A stretch of 64,000 nucleotides of DNA from Candidatus Aminicenantes bacterium (GTDB lineage Bacteria; Acidobacteriota; Aminicenantia; Aminicenantales; Saccharicenantaceae). This document shows positions 1 to 9,636 of the stretch, piece by piece (position 1 is the first letter of the stretch; each line of letters opens with the position of its first letter). The notes under the pieces were generated by a model. The model saw only the letters and a list, made by a program, of their open reading frames with translations, searched no databases and was not told the DNA's origin. A program made the translations under genes and the position numbers. The stretch is from NCBI GenBank assembly GCA_014360015.1, contig JACIYJ010000006.1, forward strand, positions 60,447-124,446. The letters are read 5' to 3'.

Positions 1-1039
1 TAGGTAGTTCGTAGTCAGCGCCAAAAGCTTCATATTCACCGGTTGAGCCGATTCCGCCCGTGAGATAAAGCTTTTTATTGACCACATTTTCCCAGAGCCT
101 CTGGCTGGCCCGGGCGTATTCAGTCCAGCCGCCGACAGCGGCCACATCCAGCATTCCACTGTACATATAAGTGGCTCTGACTGCATGTCCGACAGCCTCA
201 GTCTGTTCTAAAACCGGCTTGTGGTTCTGAAGGTACTCTTCAGAATTGTAAATACGAAAAGGAGAATTGTTTGGATATATTTCTCCCCCGTGGTAATGGC
301 CGCGTTCATCAAGGAAAAACTTCGCCAGCTTCAAATAGTTTTCATTACCCGTGACCCGATATAGTTTGACCAGACCAATTTCCACTTCCTGATGGCCGGG
401 AAAAGCCCGAAGCTTATTCGGACCAAAAGTGCTGACCAGCAGATCAGCACTTTTCAGAGCAATATTCAGGAGGCTTTTTTCACCTGTGGCCTGATAATGA
501 GCCACAGCTGCTTCATAAAGGTGGCCGAGATTGTAAAGCTCATGACTGACCCGCAGATTTGACCAGCGTTTTTGGCCAGCGCCCGGAGCAGGATTTTTCG
601 GGTCGATAGTCCTGGCTGTGTATAGATAACCATCCGGTTCCTGGGCTTTACCGATGATGGTAATAAGTTCATCAACCTGTTTTTTGAGGTCCGGGTCAGG
701 ATAAGCTTTTAACGAGAGACAGGCGGCTTCGATGGCTTTATAAACATCAGAATCGTTATATCTTTTCCCGGTATGTTTTCCGGTTTTAAGGCCAGCGGCA
801 ATCCGGAAATTATCAACTCGGCCGGTTTCCTCATTCATTCGGAAAAGGTAAGGGATGGTTACTTTCCGGTTGGTTTCCATCCTCGGTGCCAAGAACTCAT
901 CGTCAACTTTAACTTCCCAGAAATTCACTGGCTTAATCGGATAATCATTCAATGGTTTAGATTTTTCTTGGCCCGAAGATAACCGAGGTCCCATCAGTAA
1001 TAAGATTATCATCAATAAAAAAGGTAACCTTTTTCTCAT
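1..1039 (-). CDS. GH127 beta-L-arabinofuranosidase-like protein, 3' end outside the window
   Basis: Not in the ORF track. Manual translation from ATG 1039 gives MRKRLPFLLMIILLL...RYNDSDVYKAIEAA; clear paralog of 3705..6134. Confidence 0.85.
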   Translation of the reverse strand, partial: MRKRLPFLLMIILLLMGPRLSSGQEKSKPLNDYPIKPVNFWEVKVDDEFLAPRMETNRKVTIPYLFRMNEETGRVDNFRIAAGLKTGKHTGKRYNDSDVYKAIEAACLSLKAYPDPDLKKQVDELITIIGKAQEPDGYLYTARTIDPKNPAPGAGQKRWSNLRVSHELYNLGHLYEAAVAHYQATGEKSLLNIALKSADLLVSTFGPNKLRAFPGHQEVEIGLVKLYRVTGNENYLKLAKFFLDERGHYHGGEIYPNNSPFRIYNSEEYLQNHKPVLEQTEAVGHAVRATYMYSGMLDVAAVGGWTEYARASQRLWENVVNKKLYLTGGIGSTGEYEAFGADYELP

Positions 1040-1111
1040 TTTAAGCCTCTTTTTAGTCATTTATTTTATATTTTAACCTCAAACGCTTCGTTCCTCCACT
1101 CAATAGACAGC

Positions 1112-3526
1112 CTATTTCCTTTTGAGATGGTAAAGAGTGATGCTTAGAGGCGGCACAGCCAAGCGTCCCGGCTGAAAATCTTCGCTAATTTCTTCTATCT
1201 TTACTTCAGGTGCACGGCCGGGAACATTGCAGGCTTTTTCATTGGAGCCAGTAATCCGGAGAATCTTTTCGACTTTAGCCAAAGGAAAATTCTTTATGTT
1301 TAAAGAAAGCTTCTGGGTCTCGGTTGTGGGGTTTACTAAGGCAATAGTCAAAGTCTTTCCGTCTTCTTTCCAGGCGGCCATGACATCCAGCGGTTCGGGC
1401 TGACCTGAAATTTTCACCGGAATCGTTCCGAATTCATTACGGTAAAGCTTGAGCACAAGTCCGGTGGTATCAAACACGGCTTCAGTTTTTGAAGTTTTGA
1501 TGGCCCCGATGACGTTGACTGTTTGAGCATAATTGGCCATATAGATGATATCAGCCTGGCGATAATATTCATGAAGGCCGGCGGCAATACCCAGGGCATC
1601 TTTCAGAAAATACTGTGTGCCCAGCTCGCCATAGATATACGGCCCATACCAGTAATTCCATTCATCCAGAGCAATTCTGATATTTTTACCTTTTAATTCA
1701 GGGATAGTTTTTCGATACCGTCGGTGAGCCTCGGCTATTCTTCTTATGGCTCTTGGAACCTGGTAAACATGGCTAAGAAGACCTGGTCTTTCCTGAACGT
1801 AGAAATGCTCGCTTATCAAATCCATATGTTCAGAACAATTCCTGAGCATTCCCTCGCTCCACTCACCAACCGCCCCAACTCCTATCAGGATGATGCTCGG
1901 GTCTTTGGCTTTCATCACTTGAGCAAACCGGTTGTGGCGTTTGACATAATCTTTAAGCGGCATATGCCCGAGTTGCCAGTCGCCATACATTTCATTGCCA
2001 ATAGACCAGAAGCGACAACTAAATGGTTCAGGATGACCATTCTGAGCTCTCCATTTGCCCATTGGCGTTTCGGCTGAGCCATTCACATATTCCACTTCTT
2101 CAGCCGCCAAGGTTTCATTCCCCTGACCGCTATTTACGGTGATATATGGTTCAGCTCCAACCAAACGGCAAAAAGTCATAAACTCATGGATTCCAACATC
2201 GTTGAGTTCTATTCCTTCCCAGGCTGGATTCTTGCGTGGCGGCCGGCGGTCAGGGTCACCGATTCCATCTTTCCAGTTATAACCGGAAACGAAATTTCCG
2301 CCCGGCCAGCGATAGACTGGCGAATTTAATTCACGAAGAAGCTTAATCACTTCAGGCCTGAAACCTTCCAGATTATCAGCTGGCATCAACGAAACTGCTG
2401 CCACCCGGAAAGCTTCGCTACCGCTACTCACAATTTCCAGGCGGCCATTGTCGGTAGTTTTACCGGCAGTAAAAGAAAAATAATACTTTTCATAGTCAGG
2501 TTTAATCTTCTCTATGGTAAAAACCTGACGGTCATTTTCGCCATCCCCCCAGACCAGCCTCACTTCCACTGGCACTACACCGGGATCTCCCGCTAAAACA
2601 ATTCTCCCGTTGTATTTTCGGCCAGTCTGAAGAGCCAGTCCTTCCTGATAAAGCCCAGCCGGCTGACCATCGCCTCTCAGTCTTATCTCTGGCACTGGTA
2701 CGCCAGCATAAATTAGAAGCGGGTTCATGTGTACTGAATGAGGCTGGCCTGAGATCTTCCAGGGCGATTCAGCCGTACCCACGGGATAATAAAATTTCCT
2801 GTCCTCCAGCATCTCAGCCCAGATTCCCTGATAGATACAGCGGCCTAAATGCTCAATAAACTGGCCGTAGATGTATTTGGAAACAGGAGTCAATTTTTGG
2901 TCAGCATAGATGGTAGCTTGCGGTTTTAATGTCCGGCCGGACAAAAATTCTAAGGTAATATCATCAAACCAGGCTTCACCGGTAACTTTTCCCCAGCCGC
3001 CGAAAAGGCAGTTGACCTGAAGAGCATCGTTGAGTTCGGTGTCAAACACGAGTTCCACCCTGGTCCAGTCATTGGTTCCGGTAAGTGCCTGAGTCTGCAA
3101 TCTTTCAATCCCGTGGATGTTGAACAACACACCCTTTCCACCGATTGATTTTATTTCTCTGGTTTTTATCCAGCCTGAAAGTCTGTATTTTGAAAAAGGC
3201 TTCACCCTGACTACCACTGACCAGGAAGCATCAGCTCCTTTTTCCGAGCTGATCTTAACGCTCCTCTTTCCTGTTCTGGCCACCTCATCAACCTCAAACT
3301 TTGCCTCTCCCTGATAGGTAACAGGACGCCAGCCTGCAGGCCTTTCGTTTCTTACTTCTTCAAAAGAATAATTCTGAATGAGCTGCTCTTTCGGCCTCGT
3401 CTGAGCCCTCAATGGAGCACCGGCTTCAACCAGCCAGCTGCCAATAATTAAAAACGCAATCAAGGCTATCTTCAATTTTTTTCCGTCTTCAGAATTTTTT
3501 CCCAATCCATGAGGAAAAAAACTCAT
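1112..3526 (-). CDS. GH51 alpha-L-arabinofuranosidase with N-terminal CBM4/9-like domain
   Basis: Motifs YGQFIEHLGRCIYQG, RWPGGNFVSGYNW, WSIGNEMYG, IALDEWN; signal-like N-terminus. Confidence 0.9.
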   Translation of the reverse strand: MSFFPHGLGKNSEDGKKLKIALIAFLIIGSWLVEAGAPLRAQTRPKEQLIQNYSFEEVRNERPAGWRPVTYQGEAKFEVDEVARTGKRSVKISSEKGADASWSVVVRVKPFSKYRLSGWIKTREIKSIGGKGVLFNIHGIERLQTQALTGTNDWTRVELVFDTELNDALQVNCLFGGWGKVTGEAWFDDITLEFLSGRTLKPQATIYADQKLTPVSKYIYGQFIEHLGRCIYQGIWAEMLEDRKFYYPVGTAESPWKISGQPHSVHMNPLLIYAGVPVPEIRLRGDGQPAGLYQEGLALQTGRKYNGRIVLAGDPGVVPVEVRLVWGDGENDRQVFTIEKIKPDYEKYYFSFTAGKTTDNGRLEIVSSGSEAFRVAAVSLMPADNLEGFRPEVIKLLRELNSPVYRWPGGNFVSGYNWKDGIGDPDRRPPRKNPAWEGIELNDVGIHEFMTFCRLVGAEPYITVNSGQGNETLAAEEVEYVNGSAETPMGKWRAQNGHPEPFSCRFWSIGNEMYGDWQLGHMPLKDYVKRHNRFAQVMKAKDPSIILIGVGAVGEWSEGMLRNCSEHMDLISEHFYVQERPGLLSHVYQVPRAIRRIAEAHRRYRKTIPELKGKNIRIALDEWNYWYGPYIYGELGTQYFLKDALGIAAGLHEYYRQADIIYMANYAQTVNVIGAIKTSKTEAVFDTTGLVLKLYRNEFGTIPVKISGQPEPLDVMAAWKEDGKTLTIALVNPTTETQKLSLNIKNFPLAKVEKILRITGSNEKACNVPGRAPEVKIEEISEDFQPGRLAVPPLSITLYHLKRK

Positions 3527-3704
3527 AGCAACCTCCGTTTTTTTTATTTTTTTTAACGATCTAATTTATTTCATCCGCGACTGTGTCCAGCACCATTTCC
3601 GGCCCGTATCCGTTCCTCACCCATTAAGGAAATTAACGCTTAGCTTCAGTTTTCTCTTTTCTACTTTTATAAAATCCGGCAATAATTTAAAGCCAGCTTT
3701 TCGT

Positions 3705-6134
3705 TCACTTGACCTTCCATTCCTGAATTCCGGCTGAAAAATCTTTCTGCAATTTCAATTCCACTTTCAGCCCTTTGGTGAGCACAGGTGAAAACCTGAC
3801 CACGTTATACTTATCTTTTTCCACCCCGTACTTATCCGCGGTTTTTACTTCTATCCACTGTCCATCTTTCAGATAATAGAGTTTCCAGGACTCAGGCACC
3901 CGGCATTCCCCTTCGCCGGTGTCGTCAAACCAGTAAACAGCCACTTCGGATACTTTAACCGGAACCGGAAATTCATAGCTCACCCATTCGGTGGTGCCTT
4001 TTTTAGGCCACCAGTGGAGGTAGCCAACAGAATGGTCGTTAGAGTTTTCTGGTTCATACTGATCATTGATGAATTTAGCCCCTTTAGCTCCCTCAGAAGC
4101 TTCAACCTTAGCCTTTGAGGCTAAGGACGGTTCAGGTGCCGGTCTGACCTTAGCTTCGTCCTTAGCCAGCCAGACAGCCATTTCTCCACGGCCACGATGA
4201 GCCCAGGCATAATACGGAATAAGAGTAATCTCCTTGTCTTGGCTGATAACCTTACCTTTTTCTATTTTATATGCTTTGCCAGAAGCCTTAACCAGCATCA
4301 CCCCGCCAAGAAGCTCAGGCCGGTATTCTGTGGTAAAAGTAGCTCCCTCCGGAAGCAGCAGATTACTTACCCGACCATTATTATCAGGCCATTCAGCACA
4401 GTAAACTATTGGCCCTCTCTGGACAGCCACTAAACCCTGGTCATTCTTCACCTTTTCATTAGCCAGCACCCGGCGAGGTTCCATCGGCAGACTGATTTCG
4501 ATGGTGTCCCCGGCTTTCCACTTCCGGGTGATGGGCAAAAAACCATTTTCCAGGTTAAGCGGAACTTCCTGACCGTTAACTTTAACCACAGGCTTAGTCT
4601 CAACCTTATCCGCAAAATAGTAAAGATCACCAGGTATCGGCTGCCCAAGTGCCCAGCCCGGAATTCTCAGGTAAATGGAAAAATCGTCCTCTTTTTCCGG
4701 GCTGACTTTTATTTTTATCTCGCCTTTCCAGGGATATTCGGTTTCCTGCTCGAGCTGTACCTTTAAATCAGCCACCTCCACCTGACCTTTGCTCTGGGCA
4801 TAGAGGTTGACATAAAGCCGGTCGCCGGAGGTGGCATAGACATACTGTCCGATCTGTGGAATGAAGCGAGCGATGTTTGGAGGACAGCAGGCACAACCAA
4901 ACCAGGGACTTCTTTCATGCTGACCGAAAGAGGCCAGGGGATTGGCGTAGAAAAATCTGTCTCCTGAAAGCGAAACTCCAGAAAGCACACCGTTATAGAT
5001 GATGCGTTCAAAGACATCTAAGTATTTAGCTTCGCCATGAAGCAGAAACATCCGATAATTCCAGAAAGCATTGGCGATTGAAGCACAGGTTTCAGCATAA
5101 GCTGAAGCATTCGGCAGATGATAAGCCGGGCCAAATCCTTCCCAGGCACCAGTAGAGCCAATTCCGCCGGTAATATAAATTTTCCTGAAAACCACATCTT
5201 CCCAGAGTTGGTCGAGGGCCTGGACATAGGCCTGATCTCCAGTGAGGGCGGCCACATCAGCCATAGCCGAGTACATATAAGCCGCCCGCACAGCATGCCC
5301 AACAGCTTCAGTCTGTTCTTTTACTGGCTTATGATCCTGGGAATAAGAGCCATAAAGCTTATGTCCCTGGGCATTGCCACGCTGTTCAAGATAAAATTTT
5401 GCCAGGTCCAGATACCTCTTGTTACCAGTAACACGGTAGAGCTTAACCAGACCGATTTCTACTTCCTGGTGGCCAGGAGGTAACATCAATTTCCCTGGAC
5501 CGAATTCTCTGACCAACATATCGGCCGCCTTCAGAGCCACATTAAGAAGGTTTTTCTTGCCTGTAGCCTGATAATGAGCTGCTGCTGCTTCAAAAAGATG
5601 TCCCAGGTTGTAAAGCTCATGGGAATAGGCTGTATTAGCCCATCTTTTATCTCTTACCCAGTCGTCATAAGGAACCTTCCCTCCTCGGTTTTTGATTGCT
5701 CTGGCTGTGTAAAGGTAACCATCTTTTTCCTGAGCAGCAGCGATCCTGGCAATCACTGTATCCAGATATTTATCCAGTTCAGGGTCAAATTGAAGCATAA
5801 GCTGATAGGAAGCACCTTCAATTGTCTTATAAACATCTGAATCGTCAAACGGATAGCGTGAACAAAAATCTCCTTTAGCCTGGCCGGCAGCGATTTCAAA
5901 ATTCTTCAACCTGCCTGTGTCTTCAATCTGTTTGAAATTGTGGGGAATAGTAACTTTTCTTCCAGTTTCAATCCTTGAACTCCAGAAATTATCATTAAAT
6001 CGAACATCAGTAAGTTTTGCACTTTTAATTGTGTAATCCAGCTTTTCTCCACTGCTGCACCCGCCCGTCAAAAGAAAAAGAAATAAAATTGCCACCGGTC
6101 CAGCAACTTTCCTTTTAATTTTTAAAGACAGCAT
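3705..6134 (-). CDS. GH127 beta-L-arabinofuranosidase lipoprotein with C-terminal discoidin/CBM32-like domain
   Basis: Motifs HELYNLGHL, GHAVRAAY, YAETCASIA, CACCPPN; lipobox-like LTGGC. Confidence 0.9.
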   Translation of the reverse strand: MLSLKIKRKVAGPVAILFLFLLTGGCSSGEKLDYTIKSAKLTDVRFNDNFWSSRIETGRKVTIPHNFKQIEDTGRLKNFEIAAGQAKGDFCSRYPFDDSDVYKTIEGASYQLMLQFDPELDKYLDTVIARIAAAQEKDGYLYTARAIKNRGGKVPYDDWVRDKRWANTAYSHELYNLGHLFEAAAAHYQATGKKNLLNVALKAADMLVREFGPGKLMLPPGHQEVEIGLVKLYRVTGNKRYLDLAKFYLEQRGNAQGHKLYGSYSQDHKPVKEQTEAVGHAVRAAYMYSAMADVAALTGDQAYVQALDQLWEDVVFRKIYITGGIGSTGAWEGFGPAYHLPNASAYAETCASIANAFWNYRMFLLHGEAKYLDVFERIIYNGVLSGVSLSGDRFFYANPLASFGQHERSPWFGCACCPPNIARFIPQIGQYVYATSGDRLYVNLYAQSKGQVEVADLKVQLEQETEYPWKGEIKIKVSPEKEDDFSIYLRIPGWALGQPIPGDLYYFADKVETKPVVKVNGQEVPLNLENGFLPITRKWKAGDTIEISLPMEPRRVLANEKVKNDQGLVAVQRGPIVYCAEWPDNNGRVSNLLLPEGATFTTEYRPELLGGVMLVKASGKAYKIEKGKVISQDKEITLIPYYAWAHRGRGEMAVWLAKDEAKVRPAPEPSLASKAKVEASEGAKGAKFINDQYEPENSNDHSVGYLHWWPKKGTTEWVSYEFPVPVKVSEVAVYWFDDTGEGECRVPESWKLYYLKDGQWIEVKTADKYGVEKDKYNVVRFSPVLTKGLKVELKLQKDFSAGIQEWKVK

Positions 6135-6425
6135 TTTTTAGCCTCCTTCATTAAATATTGACAATATTTGTCAAAATATTTACTGCTCATTTTGGTTATT
6201 CTAAATCCTCCGAGAAACTCTTAAATCGAATAAATCGAAGATTATAGAAATTGCCATAAAAATTTTTCTTAAAATATCTAATATATTTCATTTGACATTT
6301 CAATAAAAATATGATATTTTTTATCCGATTTTGAGGCAAGAATTAATGGATTCGAGAATACATGATAGGATCCTAACCCTCCCTCAATCATAAACCTCTT
6401 TCCCCTCACAACCCCCCTGAACAGA

Positions 6426-6455
6426 AAGGGCACCCGAAAGAGGGTGCCCCCTTTA
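6426..6455. terminator. Intrinsic terminator hairpin downstream of the VPS10-like gene
   Basis: GGGCACCC-gaaaga-GGGTGCCC stem with A/T flanks. Confidence 0.7.
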
Positions 6456-6496
6456 GTTTTTATTCTTTCTGGTAGGTAAAGCCTTTCTGATTTCAA

Positions 6497-9274
6497 TTAT
6501 TTTGCTCCACAATTTAGGCTTTTCAAAACCACCGGATGCGGACCTATTGACCAGCTTATCCTTTTGCTAATAACTGCTTTCTGCTCCAGGCTTTTTCCTC
6601 CTGCTTCCAGAGCAACCCTGTAAACTCCGAGTTCAACCTGAGGACTCCGTCTTCCCTCCCCATTTGCTTTTCTCATGTCCCAGGCTACACGGTGAAGACC
6701 AGCTTCTTTTCCGCCTTCAAGTTCTCTGAGCAGAACCCCTTGCTGGTCGAATATTTTGATCTTCACCTTTTCAGCCAGCTCATTCTTCAGGTAATAGAAT
6801 ATGGCTACTTCATCCGGCTCATTAGGTGTGATCAGATGATTGTCACCAAGCAATTCATAGTTACCAAAAACCGGATACTGTTTCTGCACCGCCGGTCTTA
6901 TGGAAAATAGATAAACTTGCTGGTCGAAAACCTCGGACCTTAATTCCTGAAGCGGCCAGATGTTGGTTACCCAGATTCCCCGTCCATAAGTGGCCACCAC
7001 CAGGTCATTTTCCCTCGGATGAATAACCAGGTCGGTCACTTTAACTTTCGGCATGTTGTTCTGAAACGGCAGCCAGTTTTTTCCGCCGTCGAAGGAAATG
7101 AAAAGCCCGTGATCTGTCCCGACAAAAAGCAAATCAGGATTTTTTCTATCCTGAATCACCACATTGATAGGATAATCCGGAAGATTTGAAGAGATAGAAA
7201 CCCAGGTTCGGCCATAATCCGTAGTTTTAAAAAGATAGGGCTTGAAATCATCCTGCCTAAAACCGCTCTTAGCCACAAAAGCCGTTCCAGCCTCATGAGG
7301 CGAAGCAAAAACCCGGCTCACCCAGATGTCTGCTGGCCCACCGGCTTTAGCTATAGCTTGAGTACAATCTGTCCAGGTGGCACCGCCGTTGGTTGTTAAC
7401 TGAACTTTTCCGTCATCTGTACCAACCCAGATCACCCCCGGTTTAACTGGCGATTCAGAAATTGTGGTGATGGTACAGAAAGTTATATTACCAGCACCAC
7501 CCTGTTTGCTCTTATCGTTAGTGGTCAGGTCAGGACTGATCTCTTCCCAGTGGTCACCACGGTCCAAAGACCTGAGTAAACACTGAGCCCCGATATAGAC
7601 AATCGAGCTGTTGTGCGGGGAAAGATGTATCGGTGGTGTCCAGTTAAAGCGATAAGGTTCTTTGCCCGTTTCTCTCCTGGGCTGAATACTCTGCCGAATT
7701 CCGGTCTTCTGGTCAAGCCGGCCAAATCCACCAAACTCCCGACAATTATAAACCCAGCGGCTGTCAGTCGGGTCGACCACGTTATACATACCATCGCCAC
7801 CGCCAACTGTCACCCAGTCACTCAAATTGACTGCTCCAGACCAAGAATTTGACGGTCCTTTCCAGGAATCGTGATCTTGAAGCCCTACATAAATGTTATA
7901 AGGTTCTTCCATATCCACACCCACAGCATAAATTTCCCCGAGCGGTAGGTTATAAAGATGCTGGCAGGTCTGGCCACCATCATAAGTGATATAAACTCCG
8001 CCGTCGCTTCCAAAAAGCATTCGCTTAGAATTTTTCGGGTCAATCCAGAAAGTCCTGACATCGCCAAAGGCTGAGCGGAAAAGTGTTCTTGGCGGCCAGT
8101 CTACATCGCGCCAGGTTTTGCCGCCATCAACTGAGCTGGCTAAGGTCACGCCAGTGATGTAAAGCACCTGGTCGTTGTTGGGGTCAATGAATAGTTGGTT
8201 GAAGGAATAAGGGGCTTTGGTAGCCAGAGGCTCTTTGCCAGTATTGACTTTCACCCAGGTTTCTCCGCCATCGTCTGTGCGATAGACTTCGCCGCCGATA
8301 GGAACAGGTTTAGCCACTTGTCCCTGCTTCCGAGCAGCTTCTATTTCTTCCGCGGTGGGCTGGCGCAGATTCAGATTTTCCACCACAGCATAAAGAATTT
8401 TTGGATTTCGGCGATAGACATCCAGGCCGATTCGGCCTATCTTCCCCGAGGGTAAGCCACCAGCCAATCTTTTCCAGGTCCGGCCGCCGTCGGTAGTCTT
8501 ATAAATCCCGCTTCCTGGACCACCGGCTTCATAGTGCCAGGGTAACCTCACTTTGTCGTAAGTTGCAGCATACAGCACCTCAGGATTTGAAGGGTCCATA
8601 ACCAGATCAATCACCCCAATTTTATCGTTAATGTACAGAACCTTTTCCCAGGACTTACCGCCGTCAGTGGTTTTAAACACACCCCGCTCGGTATTGGGAG
8701 TAAAAAGATGACCCATCGAAGCCACATAGACTATATCCGGATTGGTCGGATGAACTATTATCCGCGGGATATGATGTGAATCCCGAAGTCCCATATTCTG
8801 CCAGGTTTTTCCGCCATCAGTCGACTTATAAACACCATCGCCACTGTGGGAACTCCGGGTACAATAAGCTTCACCGGTTCCCACCCAGACTATCTCTGGA
8901 TTAGATGAAGAAATAGCTATGGCCCCAATGGAAAGATGACTCTGGGCATCAAACACCGGCTCAAAGGTTGTGCCATTATTGGTCGTTTTCCAGACACCGC
9001 CATTTCTGGTGCCCACATAAAAGGTATAAAGATGAGCTTCAGGCGGTGAATCGGGAACAGCAAAGCAAGTCACCCAGGAGCCAGCTCGGAAAGGACCGAG
9101 ATTTCTGAAAACGAAAGGTTTTAAAAGGTCCTGATTTCCTGCCACCTGAACCTTAGACTTCTGCCCAGACAAACCATCTAAGGCCAGACCCAGAAGCCAG
9201 AAACAAATAAAGGAGGTGAAAAATATTTTCGTGAGTTTTGCTCTTTTCATTCTTTCTCTCTCCTTTTCAGGCAT
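6497..9274 (-). CDS. VPS10/BNR (Asp-box) beta-propeller secreted protein, putative glycosyl hydrolase
   Basis: Many (S/T)xDGGxTW Asp-boxes; GTGE motif; signal peptide. Confidence 0.85.
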   Translation of the reverse strand: MPEKERERMKRAKLTKIFFTSFICFWLLGLALDGLSGQKSKVQVAGNQDLLKPFVFRNLGPFRAGSWVTCFAVPDSPPEAHLYTFYVGTRNGGVWKTTNNGTTFEPVFDAQSHLSIGAIAISSSNPEIVWVGTGEAYCTRSSHSGDGVYKSTDGGKTWQNMGLRDSHHIPRIIVHPTNPDIVYVASMGHLFTPNTERGVFKTTDGGKSWEKVLYINDKIGVIDLVMDPSNPEVLYAATYDKVRLPWHYEAGGPGSGIYKTTDGGRTWKRLAGGLPSGKIGRIGLDVYRRNPKILYAVVENLNLRQPTAEEIEAARKQGQVAKPVPIGGEVYRTDDGGETWVKVNTGKEPLATKAPYSFNQLFIDPNNDQVLYITGVTLASSVDGGKTWRDVDWPPRTLFRSAFGDVRTFWIDPKNSKRMLFGSDGGVYITYDGGQTCQHLYNLPLGEIYAVGVDMEEPYNIYVGLQDHDSWKGPSNSWSGAVNLSDWVTVGGGDGMYNVVDPTDSRWVYNCREFGGFGRLDQKTGIRQSIQPRRETGKEPYRFNWTPPIHLSPHNSSIVYIGAQCLLRSLDRGDHWEEISPDLTTNDKSKQGGAGNITFCTITTISESPVKPGVIWVGTDDGKVQLTTNGGATWTDCTQAIAKAGGPADIWVSRVFASPHEAGTAFVAKSGFRQDDFKPYLFKTTDYGRTWVSISSNLPDYPINVVIQDRKNPDLLFVGTDHGLFISFDGGKNWLPFQNNMPKVKVTDLVIHPRENDLVVATYGRGIWVTNIWPLQELRSEVFDQQVYLFSIRPAVQKQYPVFGNYELLGDNHLITPNEPDEVAIFYYLKNELAEKVKIKIFDQQGVLLRELEGGKEAGLHRVAWDMRKANGEGRRSPQVELGVYRVALEAGGKSLEQKAVISKRISWSIGPHPVVLKSLNCGAK

Positions 9275-9577
9275 TCATTTTTTATATACTATGCTTTTCC
9301 TGTTTCAGCAAACTGAATACTTCCAGGTTTGAAAGTAATCCGGTCATCGTAACCAACCTATGCCAGTTTTTTATTTCTTTTATAATCGCATCTTCTTTTA
9401 AGATGTCTCAATTTTTCACCTATCCTAATAAAGTTTGCACTAACCATTATCTATTTCGGCGAAATTTTCAAGGGAAATTTTTCCGTACCCTTCTTTAAAA
9501 ATTTTAAATTTATCAGTGATTTTTTAATCCTCAATCAATCGTTTCTTAAGTTCCTTCCTGGTCCTTATTAAAATAAT

Positions 9578-9609
9578 AAAGGGGAAGAGCTTAAGCTCTT
9601 CCCCTTTTT
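9578..9609. terminator. Intrinsic terminator of the TonB-like receptor gene
   Basis: Perfect palindrome AAAGGGGAAGAGCTTAAGCTCTTCCCCTTT. Confidence 0.85.
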
Positions 9610-9636
9610 CCGCAAAAACAACTCAGTTGCCGAGAA

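Noticed and set aside
6158-6174. TTGACA-N5-TGTCAA inverted repeat upstream of the GH127 gene
   Set aside because: Single occurrence in AT-rich DNA; may just be promoter -35 elements.
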